Of a stretch of 64,000 nt of DNA, positions 10,825 to 21,081 are shown one piece after another. The translations under genes and the position numbers were made by a program. Origin of the DNA: Bacteroidota bacterium (GTDB lineage: Bacteria; Bacteroidota; Bacteroidia; NORP154); the NCBI GenBank assembly GCA_043811005.1, contig JBDRNO010000260.1, positions 19,579 through 83,578 of the forward strand, written 5' to 3'. Positions within the stretch are counted from its first letter, which is position 1. Each line of letters starts with the position of its first letter. The notes beneath the pieces are model-generated. The model was not told the origin of the DNA. It ran no database searches and saw nothing but the letters and a program-made list of their open reading frames with translations.

Positions 10825-11616
10825 ATGATTTTCTATAAGACCAACGAAGAAATTGAATTAATAAGAACTAGTTGTTTACTTGTTGCAAAAACTCATGCTG
10901 AAGTTGCAAAACTCATCCAGTCAGGTATCAGAACATCTGTTCTGGATAGTATAGCAGAGGAATTTATCAGGGATAATGGAGGGATACCAGCATTTAAAGG
11001 GTATAAGGATTTCCCAAACACTCTTTGTGTCTCGATTAATGACCAGGTAGTGCATGGAATTCCGGGAGATACTGAATTAAAAGACGGAGACATCCTGTCA
11101 GTAGATTGTGGTGTTTTATTGAACGGATTTTTTGGGGATTCAGCATATACTTATACAGTGGGTGATGTAAGCGAAGAAGTTCTTAAATTATTAAAAATCA
11201 CTAAAGAAGCTCTTTATAAGGGAATAGAAATGAGTATTGTCGGTAAACGTGTGGGCGATATCAGCTTTGCAATACAGCAACATGCTGAATCCAATGGATA
11301 TTCTGTTGTAAGGGAATTGGTCGGACATGGTCTGGGTAAAAGCCTGCACGAAAAACCAGAAGTCCCCAATTATGGTAAAAGAGGAGCAGGAGCTAAGCTT
11401 AAAGAGGGCATGGTAATAGCAATTGAGCCCATGATCAATGCAGGAAAAAAAACAGTGAAACAAGAAAATAATGGATGGACTGTAATAGCAACAGATGGAA
11501 TGCCATCTGCACATTATGAACATTCAGTTGCCATTAGAAAAGACAAAGCTGATATATTATCAACATTTCAATATATCGAAGAAGTATTAAAACATAATAA
11601 AAGCATTCTGGTATAG
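10825..11616 (+). CDS. map: type I methionine aminopeptidase
   Basis: 263-aa translation matches methionine aminopeptidase type I (pita-bread fold, metal-binding residues). Confidence 0.9.
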   Translation: MIFYKTNEEIELIRTSCLLVAKTHAEVAKLIQSGIRTSVLDSIAEEFIRDNGGIPAFKGYKDFPNTLCVSINDQVVHGIPGDTELKDGDILSVDCGVLLNGFFGDSAYTYTVGDVSEEVLKLLKITKEALYKGIEMSIVGKRVGDISFAIQQHAESNGYSVVRELVGHGLGKSLHEKPEVPNYGKRGAGAKLKEGMVIAIEPMINAGKKTVKQENNGWTVIATDGMPSAHYEHSVAIRKDKADILSTFQYIEEVLKHNKSILV

Positions 11617-11671
11617 CAAATAACAATAGTTTCAAAATTTCTGAAATTATTAAACTCTGATTGATGATAAT

Positions 11672-11911
11672 ATGGCAAAACAAGAATCAATAGTACTAGA
11701 CGGAACAATTTTAGAAGCATTATCAAACGCAATGTTTCGCGTTGAATTGGAAAATGAACATATCATTACAGCTCATATTTCAGGGAAAATGCGGATGCAC
11801 TATATTAAAATCTTACCAGGAGATAAAGTGCGACTTGAAATGCCGCCCTATGATCTGACAAAAGGAAGAATTACATACAGATATCCCCCTGGAGAGAAAA
11901 CTGATAAGTAA
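11672..11911 (+). CDS. infA: translation initiation factor IF-1
   Basis: S1-like OB fold, …[32 protein letters not shown]…. Confidence 0.92.
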   Translation: MAKQESIVLDGTILEALSNAMFRVELENEHIITAHISGKMRMHYIKILPGDKVRLEMPPYDLTKGRITYRYPPGEKTDK

Positions 11912-12135
11912 ATTGATTTATTAAAAAGGAAATCGCATTAAATTTGAGTGAAGAAAAAATATGATAAAGTCACTGGTTTCTGGTTACTGGTGGCTGGTAG
12001 GGATTGCTTCCCTATAATATTATCGAAAAAAACAAGAAGCTAGAAACCAGTAACCAGTAGCTGTTTATTGAAAGCACAAAGAAAAGATTTTAATATAAGT
12101 TCATTTAAAACATTGAAATTCCTATACTAAATAGA

Positions 12136-12252
12136 ATGAAGGTTAAAACATCAATAAAAAAAAGAAGTGCATCCTGCAAAATCGTTAAAAGAAAAGGACG
12201 TCTTTACATTATTAATAAAAAAACTCCGCGATTTAAACAAAGACAAGGGTAA
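12136..12252 (+). CDS. rpmJ: 50S ribosomal protein L36 (bL36)
   Basis: Not in the ORF track. Manual translation gives [38 protein letters not shown], 38 aa, canonical bL36. Confidence 0.9.
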   Translation: MKVKTSIKKRSASCKIVKRKGRLYIINKKTPRFKQRQG

Positions 12253-12350
12253 TAATTGATTATTGATTATTGAATATTGAGAATTGAAAAAAAACGAATA
12301 TCATTAATCAATAATCAATAAAAAATTAACAATTAACAATTAACAATTAA

Positions 12351-12731
12351 ATGGCAAGAATAGCTGGAATAGATTTACCAAAAAGCAAAAGAGGTGAAAT
12401 AGGCCTTACTTATATATATGGCATTGGAAGACACTCAGCCCAAGAAATACTTACTAAAGCAGGCGTTGATTGGAATATTAAAGTCCAGGATTGGAGCGAT
12501 GAACAACAAACTAAAATTCGCAAAATTATTGGAGATAAATATAAAGTTGAAGGGGAATTACGATCAGATATCCAGTTGAACATCAAAAGATTAAGAGATA
12601 TTGGGAGTTATAGGGGTATCAGACATCGTTTAGGCATGCCATTGAGAGGACAGAGCACAAAAAACAATGCCAGAACCCGCAAAGGAAAGAGAAAGACTGT
12701 TGCCGGGAAGAAGAAAGTACTTAAAGGTTAA
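12351..12731 (+). CDS. rpsM: 30S ribosomal protein S13 (uS13)
   Basis: [10 protein letters not shown]… is the uS13 start. Confidence 0.93.
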   Translation: MARIAGIDLPKSKRGEIGLTYIYGIGRHSAQEILTKAGVDWNIKVQDWSDEQQTKIRKIIGDKYKVEGELRSDIQLNIKRLRDIGSYRGIRHRLGMPLRGQSTKNNARTRKGKRKTVAGKKKVLKG

Positions 12732-12747
12732 AAAAAAAATTATAAAT

Positions 12748-13131
12748 ATGGCAAAATCCCGCTCAAAAAAGAAAAAAGTTAAAATAGAAGCCATTGGACA
12801 AGCACATATACATGCTTCTTTTAATAATATTATTATTTCCATGACCAACACTGCCGGGCAGGTTATAGCATGGTCATCTGCAGGAAGAAAGGGCTTTAGA
12901 GGGTCTAAGAAAAACACACCCTATGCAGCACAAATGGCAGCTGCTGACTGTGCGAAAACCGCTTATGACCTGGGGATGAGAAAGGCAAAAATTTTCGTAA
13001 AAGGACCAGGAGGGGGCAGAGAATCGGCTATAAGAACCATTAATAATGGAGGAATAGAAGTTACTGAGATTGTTGATATTACACCACTACCCCATAATGG
13101 CTGCAGACCCCCGAACAGGAGAAGAGTTTAA
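12748..13131 (+). CDS. rpsK: 30S ribosomal protein S11 (uS11)
   Basis: Start taken at the ATG at 12748 ([12 protein letters not shown]…[20 protein letters not shown]…). The longer ORF in the track overlaps the rpsM 3' end. Confidence 0.9.
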   Translation: MAKSRSKKKKVKIEAIGQAHIHASFNNIIISMTNTAGQVIAWSSAGRKGFRGSKKNTPYAAQMAAADCAKTAYDLGMRKAKIFVKGPGGGRESAIRTINNGGIEVTEIVDITPLPHNGCRPPNRRRV

Positions 13132-13265
13132 TAACATAACTTTGCAAATGAACAAAAAAAGATAAATTCTAAAATGTTTTTTTAAATATTGAAATACAAA
13201 GTATTCACGAACACCTTTAAAAACAAACAATAGAGTGAGTAAATTCCAATACAATAAATTTTATT

Positions 13266-13871
13266 ATGGCGAGATACATAGGTCCTAAATCTAAAATTGC
13301 ACGTAAGTTTGGAGAGCCGATATTTGGCTTTGATAAAGCTCTGGAAAAAAAGAAATATCCTCCAGGACAACACGGCCCCAACAAAAAAAGAAAAAAACGA
13401 TCTGAATATGCTACCCAGCTACAGGAGAAACAAAAAGCAAAATACACCTATGGCATTTTGGAAAAGCAATTTGCTAATTTATTTAAAAAAGCATCCCATA
13501 AAAAAGGAATCACTGGTGAGATACTTTTACAACTGTGTGAATCTCGTTTAGATAATACAGTCTACAGATTAGGTATTGCCCCATCCCGCAGAGGTGCAAG
13601 GCAATTGGTTTCCCACTGTCACATCACCGTCAACAATCAAGTTGTCAATATCTCCTCTTTTTCCTTAAAACCCGGAGATAAAATAGCCATTAGGGAAAAA
13701 TCTAAATCGCTCGAGATTATTGCCAATTCTTTATCCATTAACACTTCTATGTATCCCTGGTTGGATTGGGATGCAGATTCTTTTACTGGAACTTTTCTTG
13801 CTGCTCCCGAAAGAGAACAAATTCCAGAAAATATTATTGAAAAACTGATCGTGGAATTATATTCAAAGTAA
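13266..13871 (+). CDS. rpsD: 30S ribosomal protein S4 (uS4)
   Basis: [17 protein letters not shown]… is the uS4 signature. Confidence 0.93.
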   Translation: MARYIGPKSKIARKFGEPIFGFDKALEKKKYPPGQHGPNKKRKKRSEYATQLQEKQKAKYTYGILEKQFANLFKKASHKKGITGEILLQLCESRLDNTVYRLGIAPSRRGARQLVSHCHITVNNQVVNISSFSLKPGDKIAIREKSKSLEIIANSLSINTSMYPWLDWDADSFTGTFLAAPEREQIPENIIEKLIVELYSK

Positions 13872-13876
13872 GTACA

Positions 13877-13884
13877 TAGCTTTG
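13877..13884 (+). promoter_or_regulatory. Possible −7 promoter element TAgcTTTG ahead of rpoA
   Basis: Exact match to the Bacteroidota −7 consensus TAnnTTTG. It is the last bases of, and just after, the rpsD coding region. Confidence 0.3.
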
Positions 13885-13959
13885 CAAATTAATTAATGTT
13901 TTTAAAATTCTGATACAATAAAAACACAAGAATCGTAAATCTTAAATCGTAAATCAAAA

Positions 13960-14952
13960 ATGGCAATCCTATCTTTTCAAAAACCTAACAAAGTAATAAT
14001 GTTAGAATCAAATGAAACTCATGGTAAATTTGAGTTTCGCCCTCTCGAACCAGGCTATGGCATCACTATCGGTAATGCTTTGAGGAGAATCTTGATATCT
14101 TCATTAGAAGGATATTCAATTACATCTGTTAAAATAGAAAATATTCAGCACGAATTCTCAACTATTAAAGGTGTTGTGGAAGATGTAACCGAGATTATTC
14201 TTAATCTTAAACAGGTAAGATTTAAACAGCAAATAGAGGATACTAATAATGAAAAAGTAGTAGTTAAAATTAGCGGTCAAGATAAATTTACAGCAAGCGA
14301 CCTTGGGAAATTCATTTCCGGATTTCAGGTATTAAACCCTGAATTAGTGATCTGTAATATGGAAAAATCCGTAAAATTTAACTTGGAACTTACAATTGAC
14401 AAAGGCAGGGGATATGTGCCAGCCGAAGAAAACAAACCCATAAATAGCAATATGGGCTTTATCCCCATTGATTCCACATTTACTCCAATAAAAAACGTTA
14501 ACTTTACTGTAGAAAACTATCGCGTTGAACAAAAAACTGATTACGAAAAACTTTTATTTGATATCTATACTGATGGTTCAATTCATCCTAAGGATGCTCT
14601 TACCGAAGCTGCTAAAATTTTGATCCATCACTTTCTGTTATTCTCTGATGAAAGAATAACCCTCGATTTTGAAGAAAAATCAGACACTAAAGAATTTGAT
14701 GAAACATCCCTGCACATGAGACAATTGTTATCAACCAAATTATCTGATATGGACCTTTCAGTGCGTGCATTAAACTGCTTAAAATCCGCTGTGGTTGATA
14801 CACTTGGCGATCTGGTAACTTTCAATAAAAACGATCTTCTGAAATTCAGAAACTTTGGTAAGAAATCACTGTCAGAATTAGAACAATTGGTAGAATCAAA
14901 AGGACTATCATTTGGGATGGACATCCTGAAGTATAAGTTAGATAAGAAATAA
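13960..14952 (+). CDS. rpoA: DNA-directed RNA polymerase subunit alpha
   Basis: 330 aa with N-terminal assembly domain and C-terminal domain motifs. Confidence 0.93.
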   Translation: MAILSFQKPNKVIMLESNETHGKFEFRPLEPGYGITIGNALRRILISSLEGYSITSVKIENIQHEFSTIKGVVEDVTEIILNLKQVRFKQQIEDTNNEKVVVKISGQDKFTASDLGKFISGFQVLNPELVICNMEKSVKFNLELTIDKGRGYVPAEENKPINSNMGFIPIDSTFTPIKNVNFTVENYRVEQKTDYEKLLFDIYTDGSIHPKDALTEAAKILIHHFLLFSDERITLDFEEKSDTKEFDETSLHMRQLLSTKLSDMDLSVRALNCLKSAVVDTLGDLVTFNKNDLLKFRNFGKKSLSELEQLVESKGLSFGMDILKYKLDKK

Positions 14953-15103
14953 TTCACATAAGATACTATTTTTTTCGATGAGATAACTTTAAAAAAAAGC
15001 TCCTGATAAATCAAGATGAAATCTATCTGTCAGCTTGCAGATGAGAAAATCCAAACTTCAAATTAAATATTTGAAATCTTTGAAATTCGTGATACTATAA
15101 AAT

Positions 15104-15703
15104 ATGAGACATCTGAAGAATTTTAATCATTTAAGCAGGAAAAAAGCTCATAGAAATGCCATGCTCGCAAATATGGCTTCTTCTTTAGTTAAGCACAAAA
15201 GGATAAATACAACAGTTGCTAAAGCCAAAGCATTGAGAATATATGTTGAACCCCTTATTACAAAATCAAAGACTGATACAACACATTCGCGAAGGATAGT
15301 ATTTAAATATTTAAAAGATAAATATGCTGTTTCCGAGCTTTTCAGAGATGTGGCACCCAAAATTGCTGAAAGACCTGGTGGTTATACAAGAATTTTAAAG
15401 ACCGGTAACCGCTTGGGCGATAATGCAGAGATGTGTTTTATTGAACTGGTCGACTTTAATGAAAATATGTTGAAAGAACCAAAAACGAAGAAATCCAAAA
15501 TCCGTACACGAAGAGCAGGACGAAAGAAAATCACTCAACCACCTGCTGATGATATCTCACGTACTAAAGAAACATCACGCACTACGGGTCGTGAAAAGCA
15601 GAAAGCTTCTTCTCCCAAGACAGATCTGCCACCGCCTAAAGAAAATAAAAAGAAATCACCTAAGGCAGGAAATAAAACAGACCTGGAAACAAAGGAAAAA
15701 TAA
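15104..15703 (+). CDS. rplQ: 50S ribosomal protein L17 (bL17) with a long basic C-terminal extension
   Basis: The N-terminal 120 aa match bL17. A K/P-rich tail follows. Confidence 0.9.
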   Translation: MRHLKNFNHLSRKKAHRNAMLANMASSLVKHKRINTTVAKAKALRIYVEPLITKSKTDTTHSRRIVFKYLKDKYAVSELFRDVAPKIAERPGGYTRILKTGNRLGDNAEMCFIELVDFNENMLKEPKTKKSKIRTRRAGRKKITQPPADDISRTKETSRTTGREKQKASSPKTDLPPPKENKKKSPKAGNKTDLETKEK

Positions 15704-15787
15704 TTGAATTTAAATTATAGCTTTGTTTTTTTATAACTCCATTAAAAATTCTTCACATTTTACTGTGTGAACAATAATCATTAATAA

Positions 15788-17077
<1,290 letters not shown>

Positions 17078-17424
17078 TTACTATTTTATCGTTTGAATAA
17101 TCAAGTATCCCAAAATATCTGCAAATAATTTATAACTTACTTATTCCTACTGCTTAAATTGAGATCAAAAGAATGAATATTGACCTTTGTTATCTCCCAA
17201 TCCCAAATTTATCCGAATATCCTGAGAATAATAGACTAATATGACAAGTGTCATAGTAAATATTGTTAATTAAATGTTAACTTTGTAAGAAATCTCTTTA
17301 ACTAAATTTTCTGTACCCGAAAAAATTTACTATCATCATAAATTTATTATAATGTAGTAAGCTGTACAACAAAGAGGGATTTTCTAATTTAAAAACTATT
17401 TATTAACTTAAAAAACCAGGAAAA

Positions 17425-18741
17425 ATGGAAACACTAAAGGAAAAACTGCGAAATAAAATTGAAGGGTGGAGGCCAAGAACCGCTAAGCTCTTGAAAGAAC
17501 ATGGTAATGTTAAATTAGGAGAAGTTACCATAGCACAGGCAATTGGTGGTATGAGAGGCGTAAGGGGCCTTGTAACCGATATTTCTTATTTAGACCCGAT
17601 GGAAGGAATAAGATTCAGAGGTTATACTATACCGGAAACTATGGAAAAATTGCCAAAACCTGCCGGCGCTGAAATGCCTTATGTGGAAGGTCATCTTTAT
17701 TTATTGCTCACAGGCGATATTCCAACTGAAAGTGAAATTGCCGAAATTACCGATGAATTTAACAAAAGGAAAAAGGTTCCGCAATATGTTTTTGATGTAA
17801 TTAATGCAATGGGTAATGATAGTCATCCAATGACAATGTTCTCTGCTGCTATATTGGCATTGCAGAAAGAATCAGAATTTGTAAAAAAATACAATGCAGG
17901 TCTTAGCAAGATGGATTACTGGGATCCGACTTATGAGGATGCACTTAATTTATTAGCCAAGCTCCCTGAAATAGGTGCTTATATTTATCGAAAAAAATAT
18001 AAGAATGGCGACATTATCGCATCAGATCCGAATTTGGATATGGGTGGAAATTTCGCTCACATGATGGGTATTGATAAGCCCTATGACGATGTCGCAAGAA
18101 TGTATTTCATCCTTCACAGCGATCATGAAAGTGGAAATGTAAGCGCTCATACCGGTCATCTGGTATCAAGCGCCCTGTCGGATATCTATTATTCCATGTC
18201 CGCAATGATCGATGGATTAGCAGGCCCCTTGCATGGACTGGCAAATCAGGAAGTGCTGCGATGGATACAAGGTGTTATGGACAAAATGGGCGGTAAAACA
18301 CCCACAGAAGAGGAAATGAAACAATTCGTATTGGATACATTAAATTCCGGACAGGTTATACCGGGATACGGTCATGCCGTATTGCGTAAAACCGACCCCC
18401 GATACGCAGCTCAAAGAGAATTCTGCGTCAAACATATGCCTGATGATCTTATTTTCAAATATGTTAACATACTTTATAAAGTTGTTCCTGATATCTTAGT
18501 GGAACAAGGAAAAGCCAAGAACCCATGGCCAAATGTTGATGCACAATCTGGTGTTATCCAATGGTACTATGGCCTTACAGAATATGATTATTATACTGTA
18601 TTATTTGGAATAGGACGAGCTCTTGGTGTTGCAGCAAATATCGTTTGGGATAGGGCATTAGGTTATCCAATAGAAAGGCCCAAATCTCTTACTACTGAAA
18701 TGATTGAAAAAGTTGCTGAAGAAGCCATGCAAAAGGTGTAA
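17425..18741 (+). CDS. gltA: citrate synthase
   Basis: 438-aa translation looks like type II citrate synthase (…HSDHESGNVSAHTGHLVSSALSD…). Confidence 0.93.
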   Translation: METLKEKLRNKIEGWRPRTAKLLKEHGNVKLGEVTIAQAIGGMRGVRGLVTDISYLDPMEGIRFRGYTIPETMEKLPKPAGAEMPYVEGHLYLLLTGDIPTESEIAEITDEFNKRKKVPQYVFDVINAMGNDSHPMTMFSAAILALQKESEFVKKYNAGLSKMDYWDPTYEDALNLLAKLPEIGAYIYRKKYKNGDIIASDPNLDMGGNFAHMMGIDKPYDDVARMYFILHSDHESGNVSAHTGHLVSSALSDIYYSMSAMIDGLAGPLHGLANQEVLRWIQGVMDKMGGKTPTEEEMKQFVLDTLNSGQVIPGYGHAVLRKTDPRYAAQREFCVKHMPDDLIFKYVNILYKVVPDILVEQGKAKNPWPNVDAQSGVIQWYYGLTEYDYYTVLFGIGRALGVAANIVWDRALGYPIERPKSLTTEMIEKVAEEAMQKV

Positions 18742-18763
18742 GCAGCTTAAATTAATTAAGTTT

Positions 18764-18790
18764 AAAGGGCACTTAGGTGCCCTTTTTTTA
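18764..18790 (+). terminator. Rho-independent terminator after gltA
   Basis: AAAGGGCAC-TTAG-GTGCCCTTT hairpin followed by a T8 run, 23 nt after the stop. Confidence 0.8.
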
Positions 18791-18906
18791 TTTATTTTTG
18801 TGTAATATAATTAAATGGTTCAACTGTTCAATTGCTCAATTGTTAATCCGTTATCAGTTAAATTTTTGCAACAATCTCAATAAACTGATTAGTTACGATA
18901 TTTCTT

Positions 18907-20778
18907 ATGTCAAGTTCACGTTATATTAGCTTAAAAGACTGTCTTGATGATCTTGAAAAGCATGGTCATTTGGTGCGGATCATAGAGGAAGTGGATCCCA
19001 ATCTTGAAATGGCTGCCATCCATCTTCGTGTATTCGAAGCAGGGGGCCCGTCAATCTTTTTTGAAAAGGTAAAAGGAAGCACGTTTCCAGCTGCTTCAAA
19101 CCTTTTCGGCACACCGGACAGAAGCAGGTTCATGTTTCGTGATACGCTTGAAAAAGTAAAACAACTTATTACCCTGAAACATGACCCGCTCAAAATCCTG
19201 AAGAATCCATTTAAATATGCCCTTGCTTTTAAAACATTACCTAAAAGAAGCAAATGGAGAAATCCCATCCTTTTTGGAGAAACCCAAATTGACCAATTAC
19301 CCCAGATCAAATGCTGGCCAAATGATGGAGGAGCGTACATCCTGCTACCCCAGGTTTATACCGAAGATATTGACAAGCCGGGAGTGATGAACTCAAACCT
19401 GGGAATGTACAGGACCCAGATGAACGGTAATGATTACACGCCCAACAAAGAGGTTGGTTTGCACTACCAGATACATCGTGGTATAGGAATTCACCAGGCA
19501 AAAGCCAATGCAAATGGTAAACCATTAAAAGCAAGTATCTTCGTTGGAGGACCACCTGCTCATACCTTAGCCGCTGCCATGCCCTTGCCCGAAGGATTAA
19601 CCGAGCTTACTTTTGCCGGGGCTTTAGGAGGAAGGAGGTTCAGGTATTCATATGAAAATGGATATCTTATTTCATCAGATGCCGATTTTGTTATAACAGG
19701 CGAAATATATCACCGTGAAAATAAACCCGAAGGGCCTTTTGGCGATCACCTGGGATATTACTCTCTAAAGCACGATTTCCCTGTAATGAGGGTACAGAAG
19801 GTGTATCACCGCAAAAATGCAATATGGCCTTTTACCGTTGTTGGAAGACCTCCACAGGAAGATACCAGCTTTGGTGCATTGATACATGAAATAGTCAGCC
19901 AGGTTATTCCCAAAGAAATCCCAGGATTACATGAAATACACAATGTTGACGCTGCCGGTGTTCACCCGCTTTTGCTCGCTATTGGCAGCGAACGCTACAC
20001 TCCATATTACAAAGAAAGAAAACCGCAGGAATTATTGACCATTGCCAACCGCATTTTAGGATACGGACAACTATCTCTGGCAAAATACCTCATTATCGTT
20101 GCCAAAGAAGACAACCCGCAACTGGATATTTATAATATTGAAAATTTCTTTACACATGTATTGGAAAGAGTAGACTGGACAAGAGATCTGCACTTTCATA
20201 CCCAAACTACAATTGATACATTGGATTACAGTGGCACCGGTTTGAACACCGGCTCAAAAGTGGTAATTGCTGCTGCTGGTGAAAAGATAAGGGAATTAAG
20301 TAAAGAAATTCCATCTGATTTTTCACTGCCCAATTGTTTTAATGATCCTAAAGTTGTCTTACCCGGCATACTGGCAATATCAGGACCAAAATACGCGGAT
20401 GTAGAAACAACGAAAAAAGACATTAATATACTCACCACTCACAACTCATTTATCCACCGAAGCTTCAGCGAAGGTGGACAACTCTCCAATCACCAGCTAA
20501 AAAATTTCCCCCTTATTTTACTAACTGACAACAGTGATTTCACATCCAAAACCCTCAACAACTTCCTCTGGACCACCTTTACAAAAAGCAATCCCTCTCA
20601 CGATATACATGGCATTGAAAGCTTTATTGATAACAAGCACTGGGGCTGCAGAGGTTCTTTAATAATTGATGCACGTATAAAATCCCATCATGCACCGGAA
20701 TTGGTCAAAGACCCGGAAATTGAGAAGCGGGTTGATGCATTAGGGGCAAAAGGGAAGTCTTTGTACGGGATTATTTAA
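18907..20778 (+). CDS. UbiD-family decarboxylase (menaquinone/ubiquinone biosynthesis type)
   Basis: 623-aa translation looks like the UbiD family, with the long C-terminal region common in Bacteroidota homologues. Confidence 0.8.
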   Translation: MSSSRYISLKDCLDDLEKHGHLVRIIEEVDPNLEMAAIHLRVFEAGGPSIFFEKVKGSTFPAASNLFGTPDRSRFMFRDTLEKVKQLITLKHDPLKILKNPFKYALAFKTLPKRSKWRNPILFGETQIDQLPQIKCWPNDGGAYILLPQVYTEDIDKPGVMNSNLGMYRTQMNGNDYTPNKEVGLHYQIHRGIGIHQAKANANGKPLKASIFVGGPPAHTLAAAMPLPEGLTELTFAGALGGRRFRYSYENGYLISSDADFVITGEIYHRENKPEGPFGDHLGYYSLKHDFPVMRVQKVYHRKNAIWPFTVVGRPPQEDTSFGALIHEIVSQVIPKEIPGLHEIHNVDAAGVHPLLLAIGSERYTPYYKERKPQELLTIANRILGYGQLSLAKYLIIVAKEDNPQLDIYNIENFFTHVLERVDWTRDLHFHTQTTIDTLDYSGTGLNTGSKVVIAAAGEKIRELSKEIPSDFSLPNCFNDPKVVLPGILAISGPKYADVETTKKDINILTTHNSFIHRSFSEGGQLSNHQLKNFPLILLTDNSDFTSKTLNNFLWTTFTKSNPSHDIHGIESFIDNKHWGCRGSLIIDARIKSHHAPELVKDPEIEKRVDALGAKGKSLYGII

Positions 20779-21081
20779 ATTTATAATACAAATAAATTAT
20801 AAAATGATTAAAAAATGAACGGATAGATGTTTTCGGGAAGAGCCAAAATGCTTCATGCTGATATAAAATACTATATTTCAAATAACTGTAAAGCCACTAT
20901 GAATATAAGAGATGACAGAGGATTTATCATAAAACATTCTTCATGGATATGCCTCATGGTCCCGACACGTATACTCTTAGGGTCAAAGAAGACATAAGCA
21001 AGTGGCTAAAAGGAAAATATTACTTACGGTTATATGCCGATGAGAACCTGAAGTTTGAGAAAGTTATGGAAATATAAATAA

